From positions 32,001 through 96,000 of the forward strand of contig JAWLHY010000019.1 in assembly GCA_041690135.1 (NCBI GenBank): DNA of 64,000 nt, given 5' to 3'. The notes under the pieces are model-generated. The model did not search any database, was not told the origin of the DNA, and saw only the letters and a list, made by a program, of their open reading frames with translations. Below, piece after piece: positions 41,112 to 50,799 of the stretch (position 1 is the first letter of the stretch; every line of letters starts with the position of its first letter). The stretch is from Armatimonadota bacterium (GTDB lineage Bacteria > Armatimonadota > SYMT01). The position numbers and the translations under genes are program-made.

Positions 41112-42122
41112 TCACGCGGAGGTTTCGGAAGGTTCGAACTGGGGTTGGAGGAGGATCCGCCCTTCCGTAAAGGCGAGGTAAAGGAGACCCACAATGATCC
41201 AGAGCACGTCCCGGCAACGACGCAGAACGGCGAGAGCCAGGGCATGTGGAGCGGCGACCCCGAGGATGGGGGCGAGATAGACGTAGCCGCCTTCCTGGGT
41301 GCCCACGTTGGCGGGGATCAGGAAGGTCGCCATGTTGACGCTGACGATCAGCGCCTCGAAAGCAAGTGCCTCCGAGACAGAAAGTGGAAAGCCGAGCACG
41401 TAGGCGCCCGCGAGCATTTCGAGAGCCCCTGCCGCCCAGCCGAGAAAGAAGAGGGCAAAGGACAGGAGCGATTCGCGGGGGTGGGCGTAGAAGTAGTCCG
41501 CGACCCGGCCCCACGTTTCCAGGACCCAGGCGCCGGGGGAGCGGCGTTTTGGCGCAACGGCTTCTTCGAGTCCGGTGGGGGGAGCAGTCCTACGGGTGCG
41601 ACGGAGGCGAAGGTCGAGAATGGCCGTCACGATGATCGCCGCCAGGATCGCTCCCGGGAATGCCGCAAACCCGAGAAAGAAGCCCTCCCGGCCCGGCACT
41701 TCCCGGATCGCCAGCACGGCGCCGAGGAAGATGAAGCAGACCTGGCCGAGCGTCATCAGCGTCTTGGAGACCGCGACGGAGGCGAAGGCGTCTTTCACGT
41801 TCGCCCCATCCCTGGCCAGCAAGTAGATTTTGAGGGGCTCTCCGCCCATGGAAGCGAGCGGCGTCACCTTGTTCGCCGCCTCGCCGGCACGTTGGACCCA
41901 GAAAAGCCGGGAAAATGGCACCGGCGCGTGGTCTTCGCCGAAAACGGCCCGCCAGCCCCAGGTGTCGAGGAGGTAGATGACTGACGTCACCGTGAGGTAA
42001 AGAAGGAACCCCCACCCCACTTGAGATAAGGACTCCCGCACAGTGCCGGCATGTTGGCTGAATAGAAACGCCGTGAGGGCGAGACCGCCCACCAGCAGAA
42101 TGAACCTAACGGCTTTCAGCAT
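41112..42122 (-). CDS. Lysylphosphatidylglycerol-synthase TM / UPF0104 (HpnL-like) flippase-type membrane protein
   Basis: AGEAANKVTPLASMGGEPLK and IPANVGTQEGG motifs; multiple TMs. Confidence 0.82.
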   Translation of the reverse strand: MLKAVRFILLVGGLALTAFLFSQHAGTVRESLSQVGWGFLLYLTVTSVIYLLDTWGWRAVFGEDHAPVPFSRLFWVQRAGEAANKVTPLASMGGEPLKIYLLARDGANVKDAFASVAVSKTLMTLGQVCFIFLGAVLAIREVPGREGFFLGFAAFPGAILAAIIVTAILDLRLRRTRRTAPPTGLEEAVAPKRRSPGAWVLETWGRVADYFYAHPRESLLSFALFFLGWAAGALEMLAGAYVLGFPLSVSEALAFEALIVSVNMATFLIPANVGTQEGGYVYLAPILGVAAPHALALAVLRRCRDVLWIIVGLLYLAFTEGRILLQPQFEPSETSA

Positions 42123-43389
42123 TGGCGGTCCGGAACATCGAGAGTTGGATGGCCGAGAAGACGATCCAGAAGACGTGTGAGCCGATCCCGGCCAGCCAGG
42201 CCAGCCATTCTAGACGGCCGATCAGCACCAGGGCCACCACGATCACCGAGAAGTCCCGCGAGGTCGCTTCGTTGATGACTTTCTCCGTGAGCGTATCCCG
42301 GGGGGTGGACTTTACCTGGTCCTCGCTGGAAAGGCGATTGGTGGCGGCCAGCGCGGACACCGATCCCGGTTGAAAGCGGCTTTGGAGCTTACCCAGGCCA
42401 AAAATGACCAGCACGCACATGACGACCCCGGTGGCGGCCAAAACACCCAGAGTGGTGGCCAGCGGCACTCCCAACTGCGTCGCAGCAGCCCGCGCGGCGG
42501 CCGCGAACACGGCCACCGTCACCACGTTATCCGCCCAGACGTCGAGCCAGCTCCCGAATTTGCTGAACTGATACTTGAGCCGCGCGATCTCGCCGTCGGA
42601 ACAATCGAGGGCGACCGAAAGCTGGAAGAGCACCGCGCCCACGACCGAGAGCGCATAATCACCCTGCCAGAACAGCCAGGCGGCGAGCATCCCCAGGGAG
42701 AAGTGAAGGCAGGTCACCTGGTTGGGGGTGATTGGCAAGTTAATGACCCGCCGAGTGAACCAGCGAGAAATGTGCCGGTTGAACACGCGGTCGATGTAAC
42801 CGTCCGCCACACAGGCCAGGTCCAGGTACATTCGCCGATCCGCGGCATCTACCGCTTCTTGGCTGTCGAGCCGGAGATAGGCCTCAGGAGAAGCGAGCAG
42901 TGGGGAGCTACTTCGAATGAGACGGCGCGCGGCGTCTTCCGGAGCACCTCCGGCGCCGAGCGCGACCTGCACTTCTCGACCGGGAACAACCGCCGGGCCG
43001 GCGCATGGATGGCCGGTAGCGTCGAGCGCCACGGCCCCCGCTGTCTGCCGCTGCGCTTCGAGAAGCCGTTTCAGAGCGTCTTTTGCCGCCATTACCTGGG
43101 GAGAGAGCAGCAGCACGCGGTCGTCATCATCGAAGCGAGGGAGGTCCTCGGGACGGCCAACGACGGTGAGCGGGACATGCAGTTCCTTCTCGCTCTGCGC
43201 CCAGTGCGCGGCGGCCTCCGGGCTCCCGGTCACCAGGGTTACGTGCTGGGCACCCAGGTGCCACGCCTGCAGGATGGCGCGCCGCACCAACGTGAGACCC
43301 GCGAGCCGGGTGTCCGGAGGGATAGGAGAGACCGCGCACCCCTCTGGACGGAAGGGGGCATCCGTTTCGAAAACGATGGCTCGGATCAC
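42106..43389 (-). CDS. CDP-alcohol phosphatidyltransferase with degenerate N-terminal NTP-transferase-like domain
   Basis: ITPNQVT and DCSDGEIARLKYQFSKFGSWLDVWAD signature; GTG start overlaps the upstream stop. Confidence 0.88.
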   Translation of the reverse strand: MIRAIVFETDAPFRPEGCAVSPIPPDTRLAGLTLVRRAILQAWHLGAQHVTLVTGSPEAAAHWAQSEKELHVPLTVVGRPEDLPRFDDDDRVLLLSPQVMAAKDALKRLLEAQRQTAGAVALDATGHPCAGPAVVPGREVQVALGAGGAPEDAARRLIRSSSPLLASPEAYLRLDSQEAVDAADRRMYLDLACVADGYIDRVFNRHISRWFTRRVINLPITPNQVTCLHFSLGMLAAWLFWQGDYALSVVGAVLFQLSVALDCSDGEIARLKYQFSKFGSWLDVWADNVVTVAVFAAAARAAATQLGVPLATTLGVLAATGVVMCVLVIFGLGKLQSRFQPGSVSALAATNRLSSEDQVKSTPRDTLTEKVINEATSRDFSVIVVALVLIGRLEWLAWLAGIGSHVFWIVFSAIQLSMFRTANAESR

Positions 43390-44093
43390 AGTTCCTTCAG
43401 CAACTCTCGCGCTCGTTCCACGTCTTCGGGAAAGTCGATCTCCAACCAGGGGAGGTCGTCCACCAGCTCGTAACCGATGTGGCACTCCCGCATCAACGCC
43501 GGATAGACCTCTTCGTGTTCGATGCCGTCCCGTCCCTGCTCCAATGTGCGGCCCAGGAGCTCACGCAGGGTGGAGGCCGCCTCGGCATTGAGTTTCAAGA
43601 AGCCGACCGATTCGCCGGTGGTATCGTAACCGGGCTGGGCGCCGCGGGCGATATCGAGTACCCGGCCGTCGCGTGCCATCAGCATCTGTGCTTCCCCGTC
43701 ATCGGCCGCCCTCGTGTCCATCAGAAAGCAGTTGGGATGCGGCGACCGGACCAGGCGCTCCAGCATTCGCACCGGAAACAACACATCGGCATCCATGATG
43801 AGAACGTCGGCATCCAGGGCCTCCCGCGCGCACCAGAGGGAGAGAATCGCCCCCTTCCGGTACTCCGGATTGTAGACGGTCTTTACTCCCGCTCGGCCCG
43901 CCACGGCCCGTTCGATCTGGTCTGCCAGGTGTCCGACCACGATCGTGACGTCGTGTACGCCGACTTCATGGAGCGCGTCCAGCATGCGGTCGAGCAGGGA
44001 GCGTCCGTCCAGATCCAACAGGCACTTGGGATGTTCGACGACGGCGCCGCTGAGTCGCCTGCCTCTCCCAGCGGCCAGGATAACGGCCTTCAT
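43386..44093 (-). CDS. LicC/PntC-like phosphocholine or phosphonate cytidylyltransferase
   Basis: ILAAGRGRRL, PKCLL, DADVLF, GESVGFLK, WLEIDFPED. Confidence 0.88.
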   Translation of the reverse strand: MKAVILAAGRGRRLSGAVVEHPKCLLDLDGRSLLDRMLDALHEVGVHDVTIVVGHLADQIERAVAGRAGVKTVYNPEYRKGAILSLWCAREALDADVLIMDADVLFPVRMLERLVRSPHPNCFLMDTRAADDGEAQMLMARDGRVLDIARGAQPGYDTTGESVGFLKLNAEAASTLRELLGRTLEQGRDGIEHEEVYPALMRECHIGYELVDDLPWLEIDFPEDVERARELLKEL

Positions 44094-44094
44094 G

Positions 44095-45057
44095 TTAGAA
44101 ATCGTCCCACCGGCCTAATACGTCGCCCGGCTCCTGTCCCCGTTCGTTCAGGTAGGTGCGGTACTTCTGGAGAGTATCGTACACGTCGCAGGTGATCAGC
44201 AGATTACTTGACCGCCCGGGGGCCGCGGACCAGAGCCCATCCGGGTTCCGGTTGGCCAGGAGCCACTGTACTCCCTGGGTGAACTTTTCTTCGTAACGGT
44301 GGTCGTTCATGACCAGACAGGCCAGGATCAGGGCGCGTGTCGAGTCGCAGGTATGGTCCACATCCCCACCGTCCCAGGATCCGTCCTGGTCCATCGCATT
44401 CGCCATCAGGTCGAGGCCCTTCCGGGCGGCCTCCGAGTCTCCCTGGTAGACCACGATCTTGGGGAGGATGTGGGCCGTCCAGGCAACCGGGGAAAGACGT
44501 TGCTCCTGCTTGAAGCGCGGGTCGTACCAACCGCCATCCTCTGCCTGCATGCCGCAAGCGAAAGCGATGCCGCGCTCCACTGCCGATCGCACCCGGTCGG
44601 ACTCGATCCCGTCGTGGCCGGCCAGCATCAGGGCACCGAGAGAGATGCTCGTAGAGTCGCTGCGTCCCCACAGCACGTCCAGCCAGCCACCACCCGGCTC
44701 CTGCTGCGCCAGGAGATAGTTGACGGCCTTCTGTACCGCTGCGGTGATCGCCGGGTCCTGGAGTTGCCGGTTGAGCGTGACGAGATTGCGCGTGCAGAAC
44801 GCGGCCTCGCGGATGCCGCTCTTCTCATCGTTCGAGAACTCGCCCCAGCCGCCGTCCTCATGCTGGATCCGGACGAGCCGCTCGCAGGCGTCTCGGGCCA
44901 TCTCCGCCGCCTTCTCCTGGGCAAGTACGCGCAACACGTGGTTCGTGGTGTCGAGTGACAGCCGGTCCGCCGCCAGGTCCCATTCCGGTCGCCGCTGCTC
45001 CAGGACGGCCAGTCCCTCATGCATAAGATCGTCGATCTGTCCCACCGTAATCGGCAC
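44095..45057 (-). CDS. Prenyltransferase / squalene-oxidase repeat (alpha-alpha toroid) protein
   Basis: Five QW-like repeats: QHEDGGW, QEPGGGW, QAEDGGW, MDQDGSW, RNPDGLW. Confidence 0.78.
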   Translation of the reverse strand: MPITVGQIDDLMHEGLAVLEQRRPEWDLAADRLSLDTTNHVLRVLAQEKAAEMARDACERLVRIQHEDGGWGEFSNDEKSGIREAAFCTRNLVTLNRQLQDPAITAAVQKAVNYLLAQQEPGGGWLDVLWGRSDSTSISLGALMLAGHDGIESDRVRSAVERGIAFACGMQAEDGGWYDPRFKQEQRLSPVAWTAHILPKIVVYQGDSEAARKGLDLMANAMDQDGSWDGGDVDHTCDSTRALILACLVMNDHRYEEKFTQGVQWLLANRNPDGLWSAAPGRSSNLLITCDVYDTLQKYRTYLNERGQEPGDVLGRWDDF

Positions 45058-45060
45058 GGT

Positions 45061-46332
45061 CTAACTCCTTGTCGCGGGCTCGTCCCGCAGGTTCTTGCGT
45101 AACTCTTCGTGGATCGAACTGTTGGTGGCCAGCAGCGATTGGCCGTTTTCCCGGAGTGGGTACCCCTCAAAGTCCGTGAGCCGGCCCCCGGCCTGCTCGA
45201 GCACGAGCGCACCCGCGGCAAAATCCCATTTGCGCGTGGTATTCCGAACGAAGGCGTCGATGCGCCCGCAGGCCGTGTAGCAGAGCAGGCTGGCCGTCGA
45301 TCCCATCACCTTCACGCGCCCCTCGCATTCTCGGGCGACGCGCTTGAAGATTGCCAGGCCCTCTTCAAGCCGCTGGTGGCGATCGAAATAGCAGTTGACC
45401 ATCGCCTCGCGCACCGAAAGTACTTCCGACACGTGAATTTCCTCGCCGTTGAGCGTGGCGGGTTCTCCCTTCGCGGCCGCGAACAGTTCATCCAGGACGG
45501 GCAAGTATACCACGCCGATGGCCGGCTCGCCTTCCACCCACAGGGCGATGGAAACGGCGAAATAGGGCAGCCCGCGGGAGAAGTTGGTCGTCCCGTCCAG
45601 GGGGTCCACGATCCACTGACGCGGGGAGTTGTGTCCCGACTCCCCCGCCTCTTCAGACAGGATGTAGTCCTCGGGGTAGACCTCGCGCAGCCGTGAGAGG
45701 ATCTCCGCTTCCGCGGCCGGATCCGCATCCGTCAGCAGCGACCGGTCGCTCTTCTCCCGGACACTGAAGGAAGAACCACGGTACTCCAACAGGATCTCCC
45801 CCGCCGCCCGCGCCGCGGCAATCGCCGTGTCCAGCTCCGCTGCGAACCTGGGAGCCACAGATTTCACAGATTGGGAAGGATTAGAAGGGGACGGGAGCGG
45901 TGGAGGGCCAGTGCGGCGGAGTTTGGGCGCTTCCCAGCCAGGATTGTGTTTGTACCGCTGTTGTTGCAATGAGGCGGTTCCGAAGTTGAGGAGCAGCCCG
46001 ATTTCGCAACCTGTCGCTTTCAGGTAGTTCAGGATCTGGGCCTTCTCGGTGCCGGAGAGATGTTCCTGCGCCTTGAGCTCTACCAGGACGGTCCCGAAGC
46101 AGATCAGGTCGGCACGGTACTTCTTCTTCAGGCGCCGCCCCTTGTAGTGCAGTGCCAACGGCACTTCGTGCTGCACGGGAATACCTCGGCGCCGGAGTTC
46201 TATCAGGAGGGCTTCAAGATACACGGCTTCGAGAAATCCCGGTCCTAGCTGCCGATGCACCTCCATCGCAGCCCCGATGATGGCGTAAGTCCGTGGATCG
46301 TCCTTCTCCGAGTTGCTTTGCTGGGTTCTCAA
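45061..46332 (-). CDS. GxxExxY nuclease-like domain fused in frame to inositol monophosphatase
   Basis: LGPGFLEAVY, RADLIC, VELKA, GLLLNFG (GxxExxY); ILSEEA, WIVDPLDGTTNF, WDFAAG (IMPase). Confidence 0.9.
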   Translation of the reverse strand: MRTQQSNSEKDDPRTYAIIGAAMEVHRQLGPGFLEAVYLEALLIELRRRGIPVQHEVPLALHYKGRRLKKKYRADLICFGTVLVELKAQEHLSGTEKAQILNYLKATGCEIGLLLNFGTASLQQQRYKHNPGWEAPKLRRTGPPPLPSPSNPSQSVKSVAPRFAAELDTAIAAARAAGEILLEYRGSSFSVREKSDRSLLTDADPAAEAEILSRLREVYPEDYILSEEAGESGHNSPRQWIVDPLDGTTNFSRGLPYFAVSIALWVEGEPAIGVVYLPVLDELFAAAKGEPATLNGEEIHVSEVLSVREAMVNCYFDRHQRLEEGLAIFKRVARECEGRVKVMGSTASLLCYTACGRIDAFVRNTTRKWDFAAGALVLEQAGGRLTDFEGYPLRENGQSLLATNSSIHEELRKNLRDEPATRS

Positions 46333-46374
46333 CTCCCTCTCCTTCCTTCCAAATCTGTGAAATCTGTGGCTCCC
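45850..46374 (-). mobile_element. Putative 525-bp GxxExxY cassette with 31-bp TIRs and ACCT direct repeats
   Basis: Left GGGAGCCACAGATTTCACAGATTGGGAAGGA (45850-45880) and right TCCTTCCAAATCTGTGAAATCTGTGGCTCCC (46344-46374) are 30/31 inverted; ACCT at 45846-45849 and 46375-46378. Confidence 0.65.
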
Positions 46375-46382
46375 ACCTACTC

Positions 46383-47438
46383 TCAGTCTTGTAGAAGAAG
46401 GTCTAAGGCGGTGGAGCGGATATGGGAGTAGCGGTTGGGGTGGAGGTAGGGCGCGGGGCTGCTGCCGTAGAGGCGGTAGAGCATGGTGAGGGCGGCGTAG
46501 CGGCGGAAGCGGAGGGACCAGCGGGTATCCAGGGCGGGGGCGGTTTCGCGGTAGCCGGCTTCGATGGCGGACGCGGCCGCCTGGGCGGAAGGACGGAGGT
46601 TCGGGTCGTTCTCTCCCATCAACAGGTAGTGGCCGGCCAGGAAGCCGGGATCGTAGGCAGGGTCGGAGACGGCAGCGCCCAACTCGAAATCGAGCAGGAA
46701 TACCTCCCCCTCCGGTCCGACGCGCACGTTCTTCGGCGCCGCATCCAGGTGGGAGATCATCCCCTCCCGCTCCGCGGCGCGCGCCTCGTCATAGAGGGAA
46801 TGGGTCACCTGTTCCGCATCGGCCGGAAGCTCGGCACGCTGGAGAACCCCGGTTGTCCGCATGCGCAAGAAGCGGAGCCAGTTGGCGTGGTCCTGTTCGC
46901 GGGTTGGCCAGAGTGTTTCTTCCCCCAGGCGCACGGTATGCACGATGCCGAACAAGCCGGCCAGACGGTAGGCCGCCTGGGGATCGCACTGGTTCTTCTG
47001 GAGTGCCGATTGGAGGGAGGTGGTGCGTTCCCCGATCCGCAGCGTCCAGAGGATGTTGTTCCGTTCGTCATAATGGACGACCTGGGGAACCTTATGACGC
47101 ACGGGCTCCGGCAGGGCGGTACGGAGCGTCCGAAGTGCCCGGGCCTCGACCTGGATCCGGGCTGGGGACACATCGGAGAGGTCCTTGCCCAGGCGCTCAT
47201 GTTCTTTGACCCGCGAGAGCGCTTGTTTGAGAAACACGGATCCGGCAGGTACGTCTACCCGATAGACGTAGTTCATGACGCCCACGTCGAGATAGGTGAT
47301 TTCAGCCTCGTCCCACTCTCTCGGTAGTCCCGAATGGATTGCAACCCTTGTCTCGCGCAAATAGTTGCGGACTGCCTCCGGTCCCTCCGCCAGCGAGTGA
47401 ACGGGAACCCAGTCTGGACGGTCTATCCCGGCGTGCAT
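46383..47438 (-). CDS. APH/choline/methylthioribose-kinase-like phosphotransferase
   Basis: GVMNYVYRV, FLKQAL, SHLDAAPKN (Brenner-like), LLDFE. Confidence 0.8.
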   Translation of the reverse strand: MHAGIDRPDWVPVHSLAEGPEAVRNYLRETRVAIHSGLPREWDEAEITYLDVGVMNYVYRVDVPAGSVFLKQALSRVKEHERLGKDLSDVSPARIQVEARALRTLRTALPEPVRHKVPQVVHYDERNNILWTLRIGERTTSLQSALQKNQCDPQAAYRLAGLFGIVHTVRLGEETLWPTREQDHANWLRFLRMRTTGVLQRAELPADAEQVTHSLYDEARAAEREGMISHLDAAPKNVRVGPEGEVFLLDFELGAAVSDPAYDPGFLAGHYLLMGENDPNLRPSAQAAASAIEAGYRETAPALDTRWSLRFRRYAALTMLYRLYGSSPAPYLHPNRYSHIRSTALDLLLQD

Positions 47439-47451
47439 CGTGGGGTCCGCC

Positions 47452-48597
47452 TCAGGCGATCATCTGCAGAACTTCGCGCAGGCCTGCAGCATCCAGGTCC
47501 CGGAGGTTGTGGCCGGCACGGTCCGGCGTGTAGCCGTCGCGCACGCACAACTCGATGCCCTCGGCATCGATACCCAGCTCCGACAGGGACGTTTTTAGCC
47601 CGACGCGCTGCAGGAGAACCTGGATCCGCCGGGCGCCGCTATCGATGCTGTTGCCGCCCGTGGCTCGAGCCAGGGCGGTCATCCTCTCCAGCGAGGCTTC
47701 CGCGTTGAAGCGCAACAGTGCCGGCAGGGTAATGCTACTCGCCTGTCCGTGGACCACGCCGAAATGCAGGGTCATCGGGTAGGATAGCGAGTGCGCGGCG
47801 GCCGTTTTCGTGTTGCTGAATGCGAGGCCGGCGAGCAGCTGGGCGAAAAGCATCCGGTTGCGATGCCCCAGGTTGTCCGGATGGTTCACCGCGAGCGGGA
47901 GCGCCTCGAAGATGCGCCGCACCGCTTCCAGAGCGTAGGTGTCCGAAATCGGGTTGGCGTTCTTATTCCAGTAGGCTTCCATCGCGTGCGAAAGCGCGTC
48001 CATGCCCGTGGTGGCGGTGAAGGCCGTCGGAAGCGTTAATGTGAGGCGAGCATCGAGCACGGCATGGGTCGGGTACATTCCCATGCCCTCCATCGAGAAC
48101 TTCTTCTTCGTTTCCAGGTTCCAGAGGGTGGCCCAGCGGGTAACCTCACTGCCGGTCCCGGCGGTGGTGGGCACCATCACGGTGGGGAGACTGGGGGTCG
48201 AGGTGGAACGCTGCTTATCCAGGATCGGCAGCACTTCCCCGCCGTTGGGCAGGGTGGCGGCAACCACCTTGGCGGTATCGAGTGCGCTGCCGCCGCCGAT
48301 CCCCAGGATGATCTCAGCACCATGCTCGCGCGCGAAATCCACCGCTTCCTGTGCCTGCGTCACCTCCGGGTTGGGCCGGACCCCGTCGTAAACGGAAAGC
48401 TCGCGGTCACCCACCAGGCTCGCGACCTGATCCCGGATCCCCAACTCCTGCAAGATGGCCCCGTCGGTGACGAGGGTAACCCGCCGCCCCGGAAGCTCGG
48501 CGAGGATTTCCGGAAGCTTCTCCAGGCTGCCGGGACCAAAGGTGACCTTGACGGGATTCCAGAAACGCGTGGCGAGGTTTTCAGGAGAGATGCTCAT
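47452..48597 (-). CDS. Iron-containing alcohol dehydrogenase, probable phosphonoacetaldehyde reductase (PhpC/FomC-like)
   Basis: GGGSALDTAK, PTTAGTGSEVT, DALSHAMEAYW, AAHSLSYPMT, HGQA; located in a pepM-ppd operon. Confidence 0.85.
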   Translation of the reverse strand: MSISPENLATRFWNPVKVTFGPGSLEKLPEILAELPGRRVTLVTDGAILQELGIRDQVASLVGDRELSVYDGVRPNPEVTQAQEAVDFAREHGAEIILGIGGGSALDTAKVVAATLPNGGEVLPILDKQRSTSTPSLPTVMVPTTAGTGSEVTRWATLWNLETKKKFSMEGMGMYPTHAVLDARLTLTLPTAFTATTGMDALSHAMEAYWNKNANPISDTYALEAVRRIFEALPLAVNHPDNLGHRNRMLFAQLLAGLAFSNTKTAAAHSLSYPMTLHFGVVHGQASSITLPALLRFNAEASLERMTALARATGGNSIDSGARRIQVLLQRVGLKTSLSELGIDAEGIELCVRDGYTPDRAGHNLRDLDAAGLREVLQMIA

Positions 48598-49697
48598 GAC
48601 TTGATTTCCAGGAACGACTCGCGGACGGCGTTCACGACGCCGCGGAGGTCATCGGCGGTGAGGGTCCCCAGGTTGGCGATGCGAAACGCCCAGGTTTTGA
48701 GGTCCCCCTGGCCGGCATAGATCACGTAGCCGCGCTCTTTCATGGCATCGTGCAGCGCGTCGTACGACACACCTTCCGGAAGTGGGAAGGTCGTGAGGGT
48801 GTTGGACCGCCACTCGGGGGCCACGATCGGCTCCAGTCCCAGTTCGGCCATTCCCTCGCGGAGCGCCTGGGCCGCCTCCCGGTAGCGGTGGAACCGGTTC
48901 TCCAGCCCCTCCTCGTGGGTTTCGAGGATTGCCTGGCGCAGGGCGAAGAAGACCTGGATCGCCGGGGTGAAAGGCGTGTTATCGGCCTCTTCCGCTTTCC
49001 ACTGGTTATACAGGTTGAGGTAGACCGACCGGGCCGGAAGGGAAGCCAACCCCTCCAGGGCTGTACGCCGCGCAACCACGAACGAAAGCCCGGCCATGCC
49101 CTGAAGACACTTGTTGGAACTCGAGATCAGGTAGTCGATCCCCAGCTCCTTCACATCAAGTGGCTCCCCCGCGAATGAGCTCATCGCATCCACGATTAAC
49201 GACCGTCCGTGTTTGCGGCAAACGGCCGCGAGCGCTTCCACGGGATTGAGGAGCCCGGTGGTGGTCTCGTGATGCACCACGGCCAGGTGGCTGAGCGAGG
49301 GGTCCTCGGTAAAGGCTCGATCCACATCTTCCGGCCGGGGCGCTTCCGTCCAGTGGTAGTGGAGCACGTGGTGCTCGATGCCGTGGGCCGCGGCCATCTG
49401 GCGGATGCGGTCGCCATAGACGCCGTTGTCGATGACCAGCAGCTTGCGGTCCCGCGGGACGACGGAGCAGACCGTGGCCTCCACGGCCGCCGTTCCGGAA
49501 CCGGAGAAGACGACGGTGGACCACTCGTTGCCTCCGCCGGCCAGACCGGCGATTTCGTCGCGCACCCACCGCATCACGGCAAAGAACTCCGGCTCCCGGT
49601 GACAAAGATCCGGCGTGACCATCGCGTTCCGCACCGTGGGGGTGGTGCAGGCGGGACCGGGGTTCAGGAGGATGTACTCCTTTAACGGCTCACTCAA
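48594..49697 (-). CDS. phnW: 2-aminoethylphosphonate aminotransferase (AepZ/PhnW)
   Basis: LLNPGP, GSGTAAVEA, HHETTTGLLNP, DAMSSF, SSNKCLQG, PFTPAIQV, VIYAGQ. Confidence 0.88.
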   Translation of the reverse strand: MSEPLKEYILLNPGPACTTPTVRNAMVTPDLCHREPEFFAVMRWVRDEIAGLAGGGNEWSTVVFSGSGTAAVEATVCSVVPRDRKLLVIDNGVYGDRIRQMAAAHGIEHHVLHYHWTEAPRPEDVDRAFTEDPSLSHLAVVHHETTTGLLNPVEALAAVCRKHGRSLIVDAMSSFAGEPLDVKELGIDYLISSSNKCLQGMAGLSFVVARRTALEGLASLPARSVYLNLYNQWKAEEADNTPFTPAIQVFFALRQAILETHEEGLENRFHRYREAAQALREGMAELGLEPIVAPEWRSNTLTTFPLPEGVSYDALHDAMKERGYVIYAGQGDLKTWAFRIANLGTLTADDLRGVVNAVRESFLEIKS

Positions 49698-50272
49698 GGT
49701 CGGTCTCCGGTAGCGTGAACGGCGGCGGAGAAACGGTCGCGGATCTCTTCGGGGGTATGCGTGACGCGCCCGGCCTTGAACGGCCCCGTCTCAACCTCAA
49801 CCTCCGCCAGGATGAAGGTCGGCCCTTCGGTCTCCAGGCATTCGCGGTATGCGGCGGCCGTCTCTTCCGGCGTCCGGGTGCGCACCGCCCGGGTGTAGCC
49901 GGCCGCCTCCGCGATCTTCTCCAGGGCTATGGACTGGCTCACCGCCGGCTGGTTGCCGGTGCTGGCGTAGACCCCGTTATCGAAGACGATGTGGATCAGG
50001 TTCTTCGGCCGGGTGGAGGCGATCATTGCCGTGGAGCCGAGGTTCATCAGCAGGTTGCCGTCGCCGTCGTAGATCACCACGCGGCGGTCGGGGCGAGAGA
50101 GCGCGACCCCCAGGCCGATCGACGAGGCGAGGCCCATCGAACCAATCATATAGAAGTTGCCGGGCCGGTCGTCCACGGTGAACGAGCGCCGGGAGATGTG
50201 CCCGTTGGCGTGGACTACGACCGCATCCCCCAGCAGCGGCTGCAACGCGCGGATGGCTTCTTCCAGAGTCAT
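49694..50272 (-). CDS. Phosphonopyruvate decarboxylase, beta (TPP-binding) subunit
   Basis: NFYMIGSMG, DGDGNLLMNLG, DNGVYASTGNQP; ATG at 50272 overlaps the alpha stop. Confidence 0.85.
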   Translation of the reverse strand: MTLEEAIRALQPLLGDAVVVHANGHISRRSFTVDDRPGNFYMIGSMGLASSIGLGVALSRPDRRVVIYDGDGNLLMNLGSTAMIASTRPKNLIHIVFDNGVYASTGNQPAVSQSIALEKIAEAAGYTRAVRTRTPEETAAAYRECLETEGPTFILAEVEVETGPFKAGRVTHTPEEIRDRFSAAVHATGDRP

Positions 50273-50790
50273 TTCGTCACCCCCGCACGCAGCAGCAGCG
50301 CCGCGGGAAGACTGTTCTCCCGCTGGTATTCCGTCGCCCACCGGAGGTCGTCCAGCAGGGTCTCCGGTTCCGGTGTCCGGAAAGGAACTCCAATCGTGTC
50401 GAGGAGCTTTCCGGAGATTTCCCCCATGATGATGTGCTCCGGGGCATCCTTCCCGAGATAGCCTCGCCATGTGATGAGCAGGAGGCACGGGGTCTTGTAC
50501 ATCAGGGTCATCGAAGTGAGGGCGTTGACGCAGACGCCGAGTCCGGAGTTCTGCATGACGACGACGGGACGACGTCCCGCCATCATCGCCCCGCAGGCCA
50601 GTCCCACGGCGGCATCCTCGCGGGTTTCCGCGTAGTAGTGCACCTCCGGGTCGCGCTCGAGCTCAGCAATGAGACCACTGACGAGGGAGCAGGGTACTCC
50701 GGTGAAAAAGTCGTACCCTTGCTCCTTCAGCGCCGCCGCGAACGCGGTGGGCGAAACGGGGTCGGTTTCGAAGACGGATCCACTTGCCAC
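50269..50790 (-). CDS. Phosphonopyruvate decarboxylase, alpha subunit
   Basis: FFTGVPCSL, REDAAVG, MQNSGLG, WRG...DAPEH. Confidence 0.85.
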   Translation of the reverse strand: MASGSVFETDPVSPTAFAAALKEQGYDFFTGVPCSLVSGLIAELERDPEVHYYAETREDAAVGLACGAMMAGRRPVVVMQNSGLGVCVNALTSMTLMYKTPCLLLITWRGYLGKDAPEHIIMGEISGKLLDTIGVPFRTPEPETLLDDLRWATEYQRENSLPAALLLRAGVTK

Positions 50791-50799
50791 GGGGATTTC

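Noticed and set aside
44095-45057. Squalene-hopene cyclase
   Set aside because: About half the expected length and lacks an intact DxDD motif.
49694-50790. Sulfopyruvate decarboxylase ComDE (coenzyme M pathway)
   Set aside because: The split architecture resembles ComDE, but adjacency to pepM and the AEP transaminase favours phosphonopyruvate decarboxylase.
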